Of a stretch of DNA of 64,000 nucleotides, positions 39,111-51,310 are shown one piece after another. Every line of letters starts with the position of its first letter. Position 1 is the stretch's first letter. The DNA is taken from NCBI GenBank assembly GCA_013239625.1, contig MU053629.1:4615567-4679566 (forward strand). The letters run 5' to 3'. This DNA is from Lama guanicoe (lineage: Eukaryota). The position numbers and the translations under genes are program-made. The notes below the pieces were generated by a model, which saw only the letters and a program-made list of their open reading frames with translations, was not told the DNA's origin and made no database searches.

Positions 39111-40934
39111 TTTGCTTGTAGTTCTCTGACTCTATGAATTTAGGAGTATCAGTTACCTACTGTAGCTTGAAGGGCTGTTTTATTTTTTGTTTGTTTTTAC
39201 TTAAAATGGGAGCGTTCCTGTGTAGACTGTGTGCGTTGAATAGTTTTGTTGCGAGGGCTGTTCTTAGTATGGATGGCTGCCACGTCTTCCATGTGTGTTG
39301 GCTGTTACCGCTTTGCTTGGGGTGTGGTTGGTGTTCCTGTCCTGATTGTTGTTGAGTGGGGCCTCCTTCTTTGTTCTGTGGTTGTCACAGCCTTGACAGG
39401 GGCCGGGTCTGCTCCCCTGTTGCTGAAATAGAGGCCTCTAGACCCATTTCTGAGCTGTGGTGTGTGGTAGGCAGGGTTGGAGAGCTTCAGCCGGGAAGAA
39501 GAGTCACTGAATATACTTCCGCGGGAGATGTCCACTGGGAGGTACCCTCATGCTGTTTTCTGTCAACGTGTTATATGGGCTTAGCACTCTTTGTTGATGC
39601 TGCCTTTGTCCCCACCTTAGCTGCAGGAATGTCAGCCACCCACTCTGGTGTCCCCCAGGTCCTGGCCCCAGGAACCACCAGCACAGATCTGCCAATGTCA
39701 GGTGCTAAGACCTACCGTAGTGAGTGTGCAGTCACACAGCTGAATCCATGGTGCCACAGGGTCAGCGCGAACTCCAGCCCTGCCTCCACATACCATACGC
39801 TGGCCTGTTGTAAATAACTACTCGCCCCCACCATGTGCCAGAATTCCACTCACTGCCTGTTCGTCCCAGGGACACAGGTCCACAAAGGGTCCAGAGAGTG
39901 CAAATGCACCCTCTCTGCCTGGGGCTGTGAACAGATTCTCGGTCTTGCCTGTGAAGTTGCAAGGCCACTGGGTATGGATTCAACTTTCAGCCCCACCTCC
40001 ACGCAGCAGAGACTGTGGCTGTGACCGAGCCCCACCTCTCTCCTCGTGAGAGCACACCAACAATGGAGCCACGCAGAGACAGGGGCTGTGGTGTGGCTGC
40101 ATTGTTCCCGTCCCCACCATGCACACCAACAATGGTGCTTTTTTATGGGGGTCCCAGGCAGTTCTGTACCGCACACACCCCAGCCAGAGCTCACACTGCC
40201 CTCCAAACCCCTGAGGCTGCCTCTGTGCAGTGCGACCCAGCCATCTCCCCGGGCTCCTCACTGATCTCCAGCAGCCAGTCCCAGCTTGTCCCTGCCGACT
40301 CATGTCTAGGGCTGGGGATCGCAGGGACCCTCCGTGCCAGTTCTGTCCTCCAAGCGGCTGCCACTTTCTCCTCCGAGCCTTCAAAGCTCCACTTTGGTCC
40401 CCGCTGACCTCCCGGCTAAAGAGGGGGAAGTCCCAGCGTGAGGGCACCTTTCATCCTTTGCCGCTGCCTCCCTGCAGAACCGGTCCCACATCAGTTTTTT
40501 CTTTTTTCTTTTTTTCTCTTACTGGATTCTGTGAGAATCTTCCTGTATATTGAAGTGAGAGACACTCTGCCAGAGTTCAGTAGGTGTTCTGTGCGGTTCA
40601 GTGGGTTTGTAGTTGTAATTCTTGATGTACTTGTGGGAGAGGGCAAGCGTGAGTCTCTCTACTCCACCATCTTGGCACCTCCCTCTAAAGCTTTATTTAA
40701 ATTTTCAATCCAGTCCCGCTGACTGACTGCCGCGTTGTGTGACCTTGGAAAGGCAGGTGACTCCTGCTCTTCGGACCTCAGGTTCCTCATACAAAGAAGG
40801 GACAGCTACATGGTCACTCAAGTTCCTTGAGTTACCACGATTCTGGATTCTCTGAGTTGTGACAGAAGGAAGTATGACGTACTAATAAGGTACAAAAGCA
40901 AGTCAAGTATATGGAATAAGAAAGAAAACAAATG

Positions 40935-41155
40935 ATTTTGGGATTAACAGATACACACTACTGTATATAAAATAGATAAACAACAGGGACCACCTTATAG
41001 CACAGGGAACTATATTCAATGTCTTGTAATAACTTATAATGAAATAGAATCTGAAAAAGAATATATATGTGTGTATTTATAACTGAATCACTTTCCTGTA
41101 CACCTGAAACATTATAAGTCAACTATACTTCAATAAATTAAAAAAAAAAGAAAAT
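40935..41155 (+). mobile_element. 5'-truncated L1 3' end
   Basis: 'tatagcacagggaactatattcaa...gtacacctgaaac...aactatacttcaataaa' plus A-tail. Confidence 0.85.
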
Positions 41156-42739
41156 GAGAATCCCTGAAAATAGATTTTGCTATGAAAATCCCAATAATAG
41201 TAGTAATAGTAATACTGATGAATATTTATTAAGCACTTACTCTGTACCAGGCACCATTCTAAGTACTTAAAATGTGCCAACTATTTCATGTTCCTTCAAA
41301 GTGGGGAATTTTAGGAAATATGAAATATTTTAGAACTGAAGAGACTAAAATGCAAACAAGTAATTGGGAGTGAAAGCAGTGTGACTTAGCCAAGAAAATG
41401 GTCACTTTCTAAACCAAACTGATGTAATCAAATCAAAAGACATCTTTAAGGAGAAAGGGTTTTTTAACTGTAAAGTATACTGAAAATAAAATATTATCAT
41501 TAACGAAGAGTTAGAGAAAGGACGTGTGGACTCACAACTTACATGGATAGCAGAGGCATTCGCTCTTAAAAATCTTTTTATCTTGGAATGATTGTAGATC
41601 CACAAGAAGCTGCCCAAAAAAGGTCTAAGAAGGTCCCCTGCAAGGGCATCCTTTTTAAAGAAGGAATTTGGAAGAAAATAAGCAGTTGATAATCCAAAAG
41701 AGTGTAGGCAAGTAAATATTATATATATTTGCAAATACTTTTTAAATAAGATCAGTATACCTTTTAAGACAAAAGTGATATAAGAACATTTATATTATAT
41801 TCCAAATTATTTTATTATATTTATTAAGTGGGAAAAGAGAAGTGAAATGGTAGAAGTAAAACCTTTGAATTCCTTAGGGAAGGAATTTTAATGTCAAGGT
41901 GGTAGCGTTAAAACAATACAATAGTGTATATGAAGGTTAGGAATCGTAGCAGAAATAAATTACGGAATGATCATTTGCTGGGTAAAGTGATTCTTTAGAG
42001 AAAGGATTGTTGGAAAGCATTACTATCAATAGGAAACTAACCTGATTAATTTTAAGTGTGTAGAAGAAATGTAATGTGCACAGACTTTCATAACAACCTC
42101 TTTTACAGAGATTACACAGTTGGTGCTTACCCTTAGGTTATGGTGAGTTTTATTTTTGCTACCTTGAGGAACACACACAGTTTTTTGAAAGAGCTGGTTA
42201 GTGTTTGAGCAACCCAAGTCATTTTGAAAGGAATCATCCCCAACTGGTTTTATATTGCAGCACATGGTAATGAGTGGACTGGGGTGTGCGGGCTCCTCCC
42301 TGAGCTTTGGGACTGCTTACTCGAATGTGTCTGGAAGGAGGCCTTTATGTTAAGCAAGTGCTAGTGGTAGGAGCATAGTTACATCTTGGCTCCTGTTTTT
42401 AAATCCTTTAAATATTGTTCTTTAAATGAAAACATTAATCACATGCTAGTGATGTAGTAGATCATAACTTATGAACACTTGTGTTTTTGAAGAAAAAAGA
42501 CTTAGCCCATTAACTGAAGTAAACAGGCTAGTTTAAGGAGCCTGGGTTGTTGGTTTTTCTCCAGCTCTGACTCTCCACACAAATGAATGTCTCTAGAAAT
42601 TAAGCTTCCTTGCCCACATTGGTCATTCATTCTCTTTCCCATGGGTAGTCACTAGGGATTTCTGTATTCGTGGTAATGATTTTCAAAAGATAAGGAACCT
42701 CGTATAGCATTACTTAGAAGTGTTCTTTTAAATAATGTG

Positions 42740-43715
42740 TGTCTAGAGTGTATAAAGGACTCTTAAAACTCAACAGTCAAAGAAACCAAACAATCCCCCT
42801 CCTGCCCCAAAATGAGCAAAAGACATGAAGAGACATTCCACTGAAGAAGATATACAAATGGAAAATAAGCATAGGAAAGGGTTTCAGTATCATTAGCCGT
42901 TAAGAAAATGCAAATTAAAACCACAATGAGATATTACTACATACCTACCAGAATTGTTAAAAGTAAAAAAAAGTAAAATAAAATAATGATAGCACCAAAT
43001 GCTGGCAAGGATGCAGAGAAATTAGATCGTTAATACATTGCAGATAGGAATGTCAAATGATATAGCCCCACTGGAGAACAATATGGCATTTCTTAAAAAT
43101 CTGAACTTGTAGCCACCATACGACCCAGCAGTTGCACTCCTGGGCATCTATCCCAGAGAAATGAAGGCTTGTGTTCACATTTAAAAAAAAAACTGTACAC
43201 ATATGTTTACAGTAGCTTTGTTCATAATAGACCCAAACTGGATACTGATGTCCCGGTGTCCTTCAGTTGAGTGAATGGTTAAACAAACTGCGCTATGTTA
43301 TCCCGTATACTACTCAGCAGTAAAAAGGAATGCATTACTGATACACATAACCTGAATAAATCTCCAGAGGATTATGCTAAGGGGAAAAAGCCAGTCACAA
43401 AAGGTTACATATTGTGCGGTTCCATTTTTATAGCATCCTTGCAATGTCAAAATTATAGAAATGGTGAGCAGATTAGTGGTTTCCAGAGGCCAGTGAGAGG
43501 GTGCCGAGGTAGGAAGGAAGTCGTGTGGCTATGAAAGGGTATGGTGATGGACACATGCTCCGTCTTGACTGTGTGCACATCAGTACCCTGTTGTGATACT
43601 GTACTGTAGTCTTTCAAGGTGTGACTGTTGGGAGGAAATGGATAAAGAGGGTATACAGGATGTCTGTTATTTTTATAACTGCATGCGAGCCTGCAAGTAT
43701 CTCAAAAAGCTTACT
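42740..43715 (+). mobile_element. L1MC-type 3' fragment
   Basis: 'aatgcaaattaaaaccacaatgagata...gcactcctgggcatctatcccagagaaatgaa...actgcatgcgag'. Confidence 0.85.
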
Positions 43716-44629
43716 AATGATAAAACAACAACAATAATAATAATGATAAATATGCTCTTATTATAAGTATGTGTATTTGGGGTGGTCTGCTTAATCAGAG
43801 AGGGTTGTCCTAGACTTAGCTTTTCTTTCACCCATGCGTCTGTGATAGGATTTACCACAGACGGAGTCACCCCTTTTAGGACATCTCTAAGAAGGTGAGG
43901 CACCCCGGGCAGTTACCATGCAGGCCACCTTCCTCTTCCATTCTGCAAATGAGTATCAGTGGAAGCCTTAGAGGAGAGGAGAAGGCATGTGCCACACAGG
44001 GAGGGAGTACAAACAGGAGAGGCGTTTAGTCCCCCGTCTCCTCCCCTAAGATCCTTGTGCCTTACTGGGGGTGGGATTCAAAGCAGGTTACGTGATCTTT
44101 GTGTGTCTGACTCACAGTTCTTCATGGTACCCCGTCCAGTCACCCAGCATGATGCGCTCTGCCTGTGGTCTGATAAATGTTGGATTCATCAAGCCCTGGT
44201 CATAGCTTTGTCTCTTACCGAACTGTGAAGTTCAGGAGCTCGTCAGAGGCAGCAGAACAGCTGTGTAATGAGTCATTTCTGCTGGTAGAGGTTGGAGACC
44301 GCAGTTCATTTGTGGCGCTGATTGTGTGCTGGTGCATTTTTATTAGAGATATAAATTGAATCATAATTTTTTGGGAATAATGTTTTTCTCCTGGAATTTT
44401 TTTGTGATGTTGCTTAGTTGAAACTCATCCTTTGTTCCTCTTTGTAGTGTTAAATTAAGATATCCTCAGAACATCCAAGAAAGTTTAGCAGTTAGAAGGC
44501 CTCTGCAAATCCCTCCCTTTCTCCAAAGGCATGGTTTAAGGTGATGAGCACCATGGAAATCAAGGCCATTCTTTTGCTGTGGGGGATTAAGCTCCTTCTG
44601 GATTGGGTGCAATAGTAGTTACTATTGTT

Positions 44630-44860
44630 ATTAATATTATCATTCGTTGAGTGCCTTCTGCATACTACTGTGTTAGATCTTTTGTGTATATTATTTTATT
44701 TAAGCTTCTTGATAACCTTTCAAGGAAGGCATCACTGTCTCCCCATTTTCAGATGAGGAAACTAAGGCTTGAAAAGCCTTGTAACTTAGTCTCAAGAAAG
44801 GTGATACGTGGTTGGTAGCCTAGTGGAGCAGCTCTAGATTTAGGGTCAGACCCAGATTTA
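44630..44860 (-). mobile_element. MIR SINE
   Basis: 'ccccattttcagatgaggaaactaaggct'. Confidence 0.75.
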
Positions 44861-45189
44861 AGTTCAGCTTCTGCCTCTAAATTCAACTCAGCTATATGGC
44901 CTTGGATCCATTCCTTAACCTCTTTGAGGTCATAGCACCGTGCCTGGCACATAATAATTATAGTTTGACTAACTGCTTCTCAAGACTAGCAGCAAGACGT
45001 TAAATGAGAGAATAGAACCATCCCCAAACTTCCCTCCTATATCTACTTTATGTGAGAAGTAGAAAAATCTAAAATGAAATATCTGAAGATCAACCCAGCT
45101 ATTCATTGCCAAAGCTGAGATAATGATCCAGCTCATAAGTTCAGATGAGATATATCTCATAAACATAACGCAGTTTGGTAAGGCTCAAG

Positions 45190-45392
45190 AGTTAGGGTTG
45201 GAGTCTCTAGTTGTGTGACCTTTAGCAAGTAATTTCATTAAATTGAGCCTCAGTTTTCTCATCTATAAAATGGGGTTAACAGTAGTAACTATCTCGAGGG
45301 TTATGATGAGAATTAAATGGGATATAATGCATATGATGATGATGCATTTAGCCCAGTGCTTGGCATATAGCACGTGCCAGAGAAGTGTTATT
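45190..45392 (+). mobile_element. MIR SINE
   Basis: 'gagcctcagttttctcatctataaaatgggg...gagaattaaatg...cttggcatatag'. Confidence 0.8.
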
Positions 45393-46518
45393 TGCTCTAA
45401 TTTTTGTTAATTTCTTTAGAACAATGTACCAGGGTTGGTCTTCTGGACATACTGCTTATAGTCAAGTTTATAATCAAAATGTATCTTACAATTTATTTAC
45501 ACATTCAATGTGGCATTTCATTGCTCTCTTTCCTTTTTCACTGAAAAGCTTTTGTAATCAGTAGGAGTCTTATAATGGGTGTTATCTTATGGAAAGCAGA
45601 TTGTTCAGAGATGGAGCAGAATATAGGTTTCTTCTAGCTCCCAGGAACTTGTTCGTCCACACCTGGTGTTTCCCAGACATCAACCAGAGTATGTTGCCAA
45701 GTAGGAATCTAAGATCCACCATATTAGAAGGGTACCTCGTTCACTTACTAAAACGAAGGCAAAATTGAGAAGCTCAAGCCTTTTTGTCCCTGGTGTTAGC
45801 CTTGTAAAGGCTACATGTCTCCTGCCTTTATCATCGTACAAGAAGGAGGAGAACCACATTTGTTGCTTCCATTCAGAGCTGAATCATGAGACTTTAGATG
45901 GTAACTGCCTCTAGGATGGCTAATGATGCTGCTTAATTTTATTTAAGGCTTTTGCAAGAATGTTTGGATGACTTACCCTTTACTGTGCGATGGAATGATT
46001 AGAATAACTTTTATGTTGCATTGTGGTTTTCTCTTAAGTGTGTTCCTGTTGTGCACAGATGAATTTGTAATGCGGAATGTCAGCATAGTCTGTATTTAAT
46101 TGTACCTGCTGTTCTCATTCATTAGAATGCAGTCCCCAAGAAATAGCTAGATAGATATATTAGTTGTTGTCTTTTCATAAGACAGTTAAACATAATGAGA
46201 CGTTTGCTGAAGCACCCTGGCATAGTTCTAGGAAAGGTTACTAGGAGTGAAGACCTGCCAGTATGTCCTCTGGCTTCTCTTAAACTTGAGAGTGGATTTC
46301 TGGCATTCAAGCAAAACAGTGTCATTGCTTTATAGAGAGAGAAAGTTGAAGAGAAGTTTATTTCTGCTTCCATTATCATCCTGTAGTAAAGCCACATACC
46401 GTAATTTAAAACTGAACTCATGTTTCCTTAAGGATTGTACTGTGCCTGTTTCTAAAAGCATTCCGTGAGGCTTACACATGAAAGAATAGAGCAAATTAAT
46501 TTCTTTAAGGAAGATTGA

Positions 46519-46930
46519 TTTTTTTTTAATTGAAGTATAGTCAGTCTACAATGTTGTGTTAATTTCTGGTGTACAGCATAGTGATTCAGTTATACATACA
46601 CACACATATATATATATATATATTTTCTTATTCATTATAGGCTATTACAAGGTATTGAATATAGTTCCCAGTACTATACAGTGGGACCTTGATGTTTATC
46701 TATTTTATATATAGTAGTTAGTATCTGTAAATCCCAGACTCTCAGTTTATCCCTTCACCATCTGCTCTTCCCACTCATGGTAACCACAGGTTTGTTTTCT
46801 ATGTCTGTGATTCTATTTCTGTTTTGTAAATAAATTCATATATCCCATTTTTTTTTAAGATTCCACATATAAGTGATATCATTTGGTATTTTTCTTTCTC
46901 TTTCTGGCTTCACTTAGTATGACAATTTCT
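46519..46930 (-). mobile_element. 5'-truncated L1 3' end
   Basis: 'ttttaattgaagtatagtcagt...gattccacatataagtgatatc...cacttagtatgaca'; same type as the 3' end at 37500-37875. Confidence 0.88.
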
Positions 46931-47904
46931 AAATACTTTAAATATAAAACAAAACAGAGACCAAAAGGGAGCAGAAGTGAGAGAGAATCACCAGCACCTG
47001 ATACAAGCAGATCACAGCAAAAAGGGGGTCCTCAGTTTGCATGGATTTTCTTTTTCTGATGGGAAAGCAGAGTCACATGTACGAAGTCATGGTTTTCTTT
47101 GGGACTAAACTTAAAGGAAATTGATGGGTAGGGCCCTGCTATGTAAAACACATTGGCTAACTCCAACTGTAGTTCTGTGAAAGAGGTTTCATTTATCGGT
47201 TTTGAACGACCCCCTCGGTACCCAGCCACTTCCTGAGCAAGGGTCACCTCCCACACTGACCCCTGATTGTGTTGGGGGCGGGGGCTGGGCAGTGGGCGGG
47301 GGAGCCTTTGTGAAGAGCTGCGGAAAGCACATGCTCTTCTGGGCCTTTATTAGCGAGCTTCAGCTTGAGGCTGTTTTTGTGGATCCTTTAATGGCTAATT
47401 GATGCAGCATGTGTAAAGATACAGTTTCCTGCATGAGGCGGTTATGGGTGGCAACAAGGGTTTGTCTCAACATGATACCAATTTCCACAGTCAATTTGGT
47501 CAATTCAGTGGGAAAAAAAAGAAGTCCAGCCTGAAAATCAGCCAGAGCAGTGACTGGAGATTATTGAGGCAACTACGATTGGTTGATAAAATTAACGTGT
47601 TTGAACCAATTGTTTTCACATTTTGTGTACATAGCCTTAGTCATTTGGGGGAATAATCTTAAATACACAGAAGTAACCTTTAAAAAATATTTATAATCAC
47701 AGTTAGGCCTTCCAGAGCATGTCGGTTTTGAGAGGGAATAACCATTTTACAATTAATACGTGGTATATGATCAGTGTAATTAACTGATGCCTGGTATTTT
47801 GTTATAAATAGAGTAGAAAAGTAACCACAGGGCTCACTGAACACCTGAAAAACTGTGGAGAAGCTAATAAGAAGTTACATGGCTGTGTTTTGAGGCTGAT
47901 TTTC

Positions 47905-50900
47905 TCAAACAGCTTTATTATGAAATTTGTGTATCACAAAGTTCATCCATTTTAAGTGTGCGATTCGGGCATTGTTAATAAGTTACAGAATTGTGTAACC
48001 GTCAGCATAATCCACTTGAGAACGTTTTCCATCACCCCAGAAAAGAATCCTAATGTCCATTTGCAGTCACCTCCTGCTCCCAGCCCCAGCCTCTGAGAAT
48101 CACTAATCTGTTTCCTGAATTTATAGATTTGCCTCTTCTAGACATTTTACGTAAACAGATTAATACATTAGAAAGTCTTTTCTGTCTCATTCTTTCATTT
48201 AGCATAATCTTTTTGAGTTTTCTTCATTTAGTAGCATGGGTATGTGAGCAGTCCATTCCTTTTTTTAAGTATCTTTTTAAATTGATAATTGACATACAAC
48301 ATTACATTAGCTTCAGGTGTATGACATAATGATTCGATATTTGAATGTATTATGAAATGATTGCTACAGTGAGTCTAGTTAACATCTATCACCATACATT
48401 GTTACAAATTTTTTTTCTTGTGATAACTTTCATAATTAATTTTCTTGGCAACTTTAAAATATGCAGTACAGTATTATTAAATGTAGTTGCCATGCTGTAC
48501 ATTACATCCCTGAGACATACTTACTTGAAAAACAGAAGTCTGTACGTTAGACTCTTAGAGCCATTTTACCCCCGTGCCCCTCCTCTGGCAAACACCAATG
48601 TGTTGTTTGTACCTGTGGGCTTGTTTTTATTTTTGTTATTGTTGTGTTTAGATTCCACTTATCAGGGCAACCATGTGGTATTTATGTTTCTCTATCTGAT
48701 TAGCACAGTGCCCTCAGGGTCCATCTGTGTTGTCTCAAATGACAAGATTTTACTGTATTTTATGGCCGAATAATACTTCATTGTAAATTTATGCCATATT
48801 TTCTTTATTTGTCAATGGACATTTATTTCCCTATTTGGCTATTATAAATCATGCTGCAATGAACATGTGTATATATCTTTTGGAGTTCATAGTTTTTGTT
48901 TTTGTTTTGTTTGTTTGTTTGTTTTTGCATAAATGCCCAGAAGTGGACTTGCTGGATCTCATGGTAGTTCTATTTTTAATATTTTGAGGAATCTCCATAC
49001 TGTTTTCCATAGCGGGTGTACCAATTTTCATTTCCATCAGCGGTGCACAAGTGTTCCCTTTTCTCCACATCCTTGCCAGCACTTGTTATTTCTTATCTTT
49101 TTGATAATAGCCATTTGATCAGGTGTGAAGTGATATATCGCTGCGGTTTTAATTTACATTTCCCTGACGATGAGTGATGTGGAGCACCTTTTCGTGTCCC
49201 TGTTGGCCATCTATATGTCTTATTGAGAAGAACGTCTCTTCAGTTCCTCTGCTCATTTTTAATCAGATTTTTTTAAACTGTTAAGTTGTTTGAGTTCTTT
49301 ATATATTTTAGGTACTAACCCTTTATCAGATGGTCGATTTGCAAATATTTCCTCTCATTCAGTTGGTTGCCTTTTCATTTTGTTGATGGCTTCCTCTGCT
49401 GTGCAAAGCTTTTTAGTTTGATGTAGTCCCACTTGCTTATGTTTGCTTTTGTTGCTTTTGCTTTTGCTTTTGAGGTCAAGTCAAAAACTTACTGCCAAGA
49501 CCGATGTCAAGGAGCTTACCTCCTGTGTTTTCTTCTGGGGGTTTCATGGTTTCAGGTCTTATATGCAAATCTCTCATCCATTTTGAATGAGTTTTTGTGT
49601 GTGGTGTGAGATAATGGTCCAGTTTCATTTTTTTAAATGTGGCTGTCCAGTTTTCCCAACACCATTTATTTAAGAGACTGTCCTTTTTCCATTTTGTATC
49701 CTTGGCTTTTTTGTCATCAATTGATTGTGTGAATGTGGGTTTATTTCTGGGCTCTCTATTCTGTCCATTGATCTATGTGTCTGTTTTTATGCCCATATCA
49801 TACCATTTTGATTACTATAGCTTTGTAATATAGTTTGAAATCAAGGCGTGTGAAGCCTCCAGCTTCATTCTTCTTTCTCAAGATTGCTTTGGCTATTCAG
49901 GGATCTTTTGTGGTTCCATACAAATTTTAGAATTGTTCTGTTTCTGTGAAAAGTGCCATTAGATTTTTGATAGGGATTGCATCGAATCTGTAATTTGCTT
50001 TGAGTAAGGTGGACATTTGAATAATATTAATTCTTCCAATCCATGAGTACCAAATATCTTTAGTTTATTTGTATCTTCTTCAGTTTCTTTCATCATTGTC
50101 TTACATTGTTCAGTGTATAGGTCTTTTACCTCCTTAAATTTATTCCCTACATATTTTGTTCTTTTTGACACAATTGTAAATGGAATGGTTTTCCTTATTT
50201 CTCTCTCTGATAATTCATTATTAGTATATAGAAACACAACAAATTTCTGTATACTGATTTTGTATCCTGCAACTTTACTAGATTCATTTATTTGTTCTAA
50301 CAGTTTTTTGGTGAGGTGTTTAGAAATATATATATATATTGATGACATCTGTGAATATGACATCTGCCTTTCCAATTTAGATGCCTTTTATTTCCTTTTC
50401 TTGCTTAATTGTTCTGACTGGGACTGCCAATACTGTGTTGAATGAAAGTGACAAAAGTGGGCATCCTTGTTTTGTTCCTTACCTTAGAAGAAAAGTGTTA
50501 GCTTTTCACCATTGAGTATGATGTTGGCTATGGGCTTATCATATATGGCCTTTATTATGTTGAGGTATGTGAGGTATGTTCCCTCTGTACCCACTTAGTT
50601 GAGAGTTTTTAATCAAAAAAGGATGTTGAATTTTGTCAGATGTTTTTGTCTGCTTCTATTAAGATGATTGTGTGATTTTTATCCTTTATTTTGTTAATGT
50701 TATGTATCATGTTGATTGATTTGCAGATATTGAACCATTCTTGCATCCTTGAAATAAATCCCACTTGATTATGGTGTATGATCCTTTTAATGTGCTATTG
50801 AGTTCAGTGTGCTAATATTTTGTTAAGAATTTTTGCATTTGTGTTCATCAGGGATATAGGCCTGTAATTTTCTTCTCCTGTGGTATTTTTGTCTGGTTTT

Positions 50901-51310
50901 GGTATCAGGGTAAGTCTGCCCTTGTAAAATGAGTTTGAAACTGTTCCCTTTTCTTCTGTCTTTTGGAAGAGTTTAAGAAGGATTGGTATTAATTTTTCTT
51001 TGAGTATTTGGTAGAATTCACTAGTGAATCCATCTGGTCCTGGTCTTCTGTTTTTAGGGAAGTTTTTAAATTGTTGATTTAATCTCCTTACTAGTAATTG
51101 GTCTCTTTAGAGTCTCCATATCTTCATGATTCAGCTTTGGAAGTTTGTATGGTTATAGGAGTTTATCCATTTCTTCTAGGTTGTCCAATTTGTTGGCATA
51201 CAATTATTCATAGTGGTCTCTTATGATACTTTGTATTTCTGTGGTGTCAGCTGTAACACCTCCTCTTTCTTTTCTGATTTTATTTATGAGCCCTCTCTCT
51301 TTTTTTCTTA
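47905..51310 (-). mobile_element. L1 fragments: an old 3' end (47905-48260) and a longer L1 3' UTR/ORF2 RT region (48270-51310)
   Basis: ORF 49959..50375 ([21 protein letters not shown]...FLYTNNE...IPFTI) and ORF 48849..49082 match L1 ORF2. Confidence 0.88.

Larger units (their letters stand above)
37440..40685 (-). mobile_element. L1-derived element: full 5' UTR + decayed ORF1 + L1 3' end, lacking nearly all of ORF2 (HAL1-like architecture)
   Basis: 5' start gagggaggtgccaagatggtggag (minus strand); ORF1 ~39110-38222; 3' end 37440-37875; TSD taaagctt (37432-37439 / 40686-40693). Confidence 0.85.

Noticed and set aside
39134..40722. Cluster of overlapping ORFs of up to 155 aa
   Set aside because: These are a by-product of the GC-rich L1 5' UTR and show no recognisable protein motifs.
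43923..43985. In-frame GH...ALEERR resembling the MEK5 C-terminus (duplicated last exon?)
   Set aside because: In-frame stop, wrong spacing, no similarity in between and a purine-rich low-complexity match; most likely chance.
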